Origin: Hormiphora californensis
Taxonomy: Eukaryota; Animalia; Ctenophora
DNA: 64,000 nt
Reading direction: 5' to 3'
Assembly (NCBI GenBank): GCA_020137815.1
Contig: CM035360.1
Coordinates: forward strand, 1,178,001 to 1,242,000
The translations under genes were made by a program, and so were the position numbers. Each line of letters begins with the position of its first letter. Position 1 is the stretch's first letter. Shown here piece by piece: positions 61,137 to 64,000 of this stretch. The notes under the pieces are model-generated. The model did no database searches. It was not told the DNA's origin and saw only the letters and a list, made by a program, of their open reading frames with translations.

Positions 61137-62821
61137 GTACTTTATTTGTTTTTGATACTCAATGAGTCAATGCTGTGTTGCTGTCCGGCACCGCAGACCC
61201 CATCTGAGCGCATTGAGAATCAAGTCGGGATACTGAGTCTGAGAAAATAAAAATGAAGTATGAACAATTCAACTATATATAGATCATATAATCTGCCATC
61301 TTATCTGCGGCTGCCACAAGATTGGCAATGGCAGGGCAGACGACAAAATTTGTGTGAAGAAGAAGACAAAAGTAAGCCGCATAATTGTAATTGTTCAACA
61401 ATAAACTCATTCTATAGATTCAAATTAAACAAATCGATCCATTAAGCACTTCGAAGTGCTTAATGGATTATATTATCGCAGCAACTCTTAGTCTTAAATC
61501 CCTCATACTCATTGATTAAGGAGTCTTTAGGACGTTCAGCAAGCTAGACACAGAAGAAAGTAGAAACGCAATTATAGGATGCTACACAGCTGTGTTTTGA
61601 AAGGAATTGAGACACTGCTTAGAGACAAACTGAATAGTGGCACTAACTGGGATCCTTAATATACAACCAAAGTGTTATAGCTCATTAGCTCTCCCTCTCC
61701 ACTGCGACACTACTACTTGATTGTATATTGGATATATTGGATATATTGTATATATTGGATCCCAGTTAGAAATCCCGTCTGGCGTCTCCCACCTGGAATA
61801 GAGCTAGGAAATTGAGACAGGGAAATCGGTCGTCTACGCATTGACAGATTAATCTGTCAATACGTAGACGGATTTCATAATTATGTGCACATAATTATGT
61901 GCTTTCTTCGCACAAGAGACATCCTTGGCAGCGAAGCGCATCACGTACCGGTACAGGGGATAGCGCGACTTTCCTAAAAAAAAGAGACATCCAGTGCGCA
62001 ACGTTATCAGTAGAAATATAATTTACTAGAAAACACCGCCAACCGTCTGTCTGTCTGTCTGAATCAGCAATGGAGAAGGAGAGCTAATGGGATTTGCTAA
62101 GTTCAGCTTGTGGGAAATGGGATTGAAGACCGATTAAATAGAGAGATGTAAAAAATAATATTGTCTGTCTGTCTGTATGACATAGAAGTCTATCTGTCAG
62201 TATTGTGCCTTATCTGGAGAGGAGAACGTTTCATCTAACCTTTAATACGAATACAAAACTCTGGAGATAGTGGGACCACTAACGGTTATGAATATAAGAA
62301 GGTTGTACATTAAGAATCTATCTGAATTTTCAAAACCAATTAAAAATAAATAGTATTTCAAATATTCAGATCTATCTATTGTATTATCTAAAGACAACTC
62401 AAAGACTCTGAAACTCTCCAACTCTCTCCAGTCTCCACTCTCATCTCTATCGGTCTATCTCTACACTCCTCCTCGCAAGACTCTCGGACTCACAGTAAAT
62501 TCATGTTGTCACACTTACTGGTTGGAACCCATGAAGAACAAAGATACTAGATAATATTATATAATAACTTGTTGAGTACTCAAAAAATAATAACAGCATG
62601 CATAATCACTATCAGTGATATCTAAATAAATACTTTACTTTTTATTCGTTTTCATTGTTTTCTACAGGATAAACTGATAATGTCCGAGAATTCAACTAAT
62701 CAATTAAATTCCGTCTGGTTAGCATCCTCTCGCTAACGTTGACCTCTTAATAACATTGAGCTCCATTATAAGGCTCTATCATGATATAAGGCTCTATAAT
62801 AAATACAGCAAACTGGTTGTT

Positions 62822-63732
62822 TCATGATCTAATCCAGTTAACTATTTTAGCTCTCACAGATGGGTTCGCAAAATAATAAACAACACAATCACACAGGGGT
62901 ACACTATAGTAACAGGTCACTAAGATAACCTGTGCAGTAAAATAATTGAATTGGATACCTTGCTGAAGTAAAAAATCCGGAATTGCAGTTGACATATTGG
63001 ATAGACAAATCAGGAAACTGAGTTTTAACAGTTTAGCACAAGCCCTCCCGTTGAAGTAGACAGTCAGGAAGATGGCTAAGTAGAGGAGAATGGAGATGAA
63101 GAATGGTATGATGTCCATGACGATGGGGATTAGACTGGTGTTGATGATAAGTGATCCATCCCAAACACATCGGTGGTACTTCTGTTTGTAGATTATCTAG
63201 GGAGGGGGGTTTTGATAAATCTGGGGGATGCACGTTTTGGTGGGCGGACTCTAGTGCTAAACTGCTAACGGACTCTTTATCTAAATCCAAGGCGGACTCT
63301 ATATCTAAAAACGGATTTTTTATCTACAGTTAGACTGTGAAAAAATAAAGAGTTTTTATTTTATAGGAGGATTTTTCTGGTGTATCTGGTATGGGATTGC
63401 GCTTGTAGTTGTACTGTTTCACCGCGCCCCGCAGGGCACATATATAATATATAATAGAAGGGTTAGAACATAACAAATATGCGAGTAGTTTATTTGAAAT
63501 GGGAAGGGGGAGTGGTTGAAATTTAGAAAAAAGAGACTATACCTTGGACAGTCCAAGTTGCAAGGTAGTTACCCTGATAACGGTCATAACAAGGGTTGGT
63601 CCATATGCAATTGTTATCATTACCACCTCAAAAACCCATGAACCCTTTAATTTTCGGTGTCGTATTAAGGGCATTACCACCGCTAAAAACCTGTCTACCG
63701 ATATCGGTACAATAACCAGCATCTGACTACCC
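62822..63732 (-). CDS. Compact GPCR, tandem paralogue 3 (last two exons only)
   Basis: Exons 63732-63543 (SVDRFL, 3-nt insertion) and 63196-62822; upstream exons are outside the window or displaced. Confidence 0.8.
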
Positions 63733-64000
63733 CTTAGAGTGTCGGATTTTGAAATAATCTTTCCACTTCCATCTTTACTACACGTATTTTTTCACGCTGA
63801 TTCCGAATCTGTCATTTATTTTGATCTACGACCACGTCTTCCCCTGGAGACGCCCTCCTGAATGAATTGCTTGTGCGTCGCGTTGCAGTGCTGTCACTAT
63901 GCGCTCTCTCTCGCCAATTAGCTGCGCTCGCAAATTTACACACAGCTGTGTCACCTGAGATGGATCTCAACGGAGTTGCTGTCTTCTCAGTTCGGTAATT

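Overview
Intron-rich, repeat-rich animal genomic DNA with GT-AG introns, about 40% GC and (CT)n microsatellites. It is probably a ctenophore (Pleurobrachia/Hormiphora-like); this rests on recalled repeat sequences and gene style, not on a search. Genes I could assemble by hand: (1) the 3' part of a + strand receptor tyrosine kinase with an atypical catalytic loop (HRDLAADN), whose 9.1-kb intron holds a fold-back element, a three-level transposon nest, a Helitron-like element and an antisense intronless 7TM gene; (2) a Shaker-superfamily Kv channel (- strand) with a PLT gate and two candidate alternative first coding exons; (3) an 8-exon class A GPCR with a 1-nt frameshift in its TM7 exon; (4) an apparently intact CR1/L2-group LINE whose ORF2 seems to need a -1 frameshift; (5) an intronless arginine kinase with an N-terminal targeting-like extension; (6) a tandem array of three compact GPCR paralogues diverging mainly at pocket-facing segments. 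The most unusual non-genic signals are three kinds of mobile element. The first is a Helitron-like family (A|TC...CTAG|T, with an empty site inside the window) that has a covarying 5' hairpin and a 3' end duplicated as a long fold-back. The second is a 540-bp TIR-less, tail-less element capped by GNA-loop hairpins and flanked by 11- and 18-bp duplications. The third is an asymmetric double-inverted-repeat family (Crypton-like). All coordinates were read by eye and may be off by a few bases.
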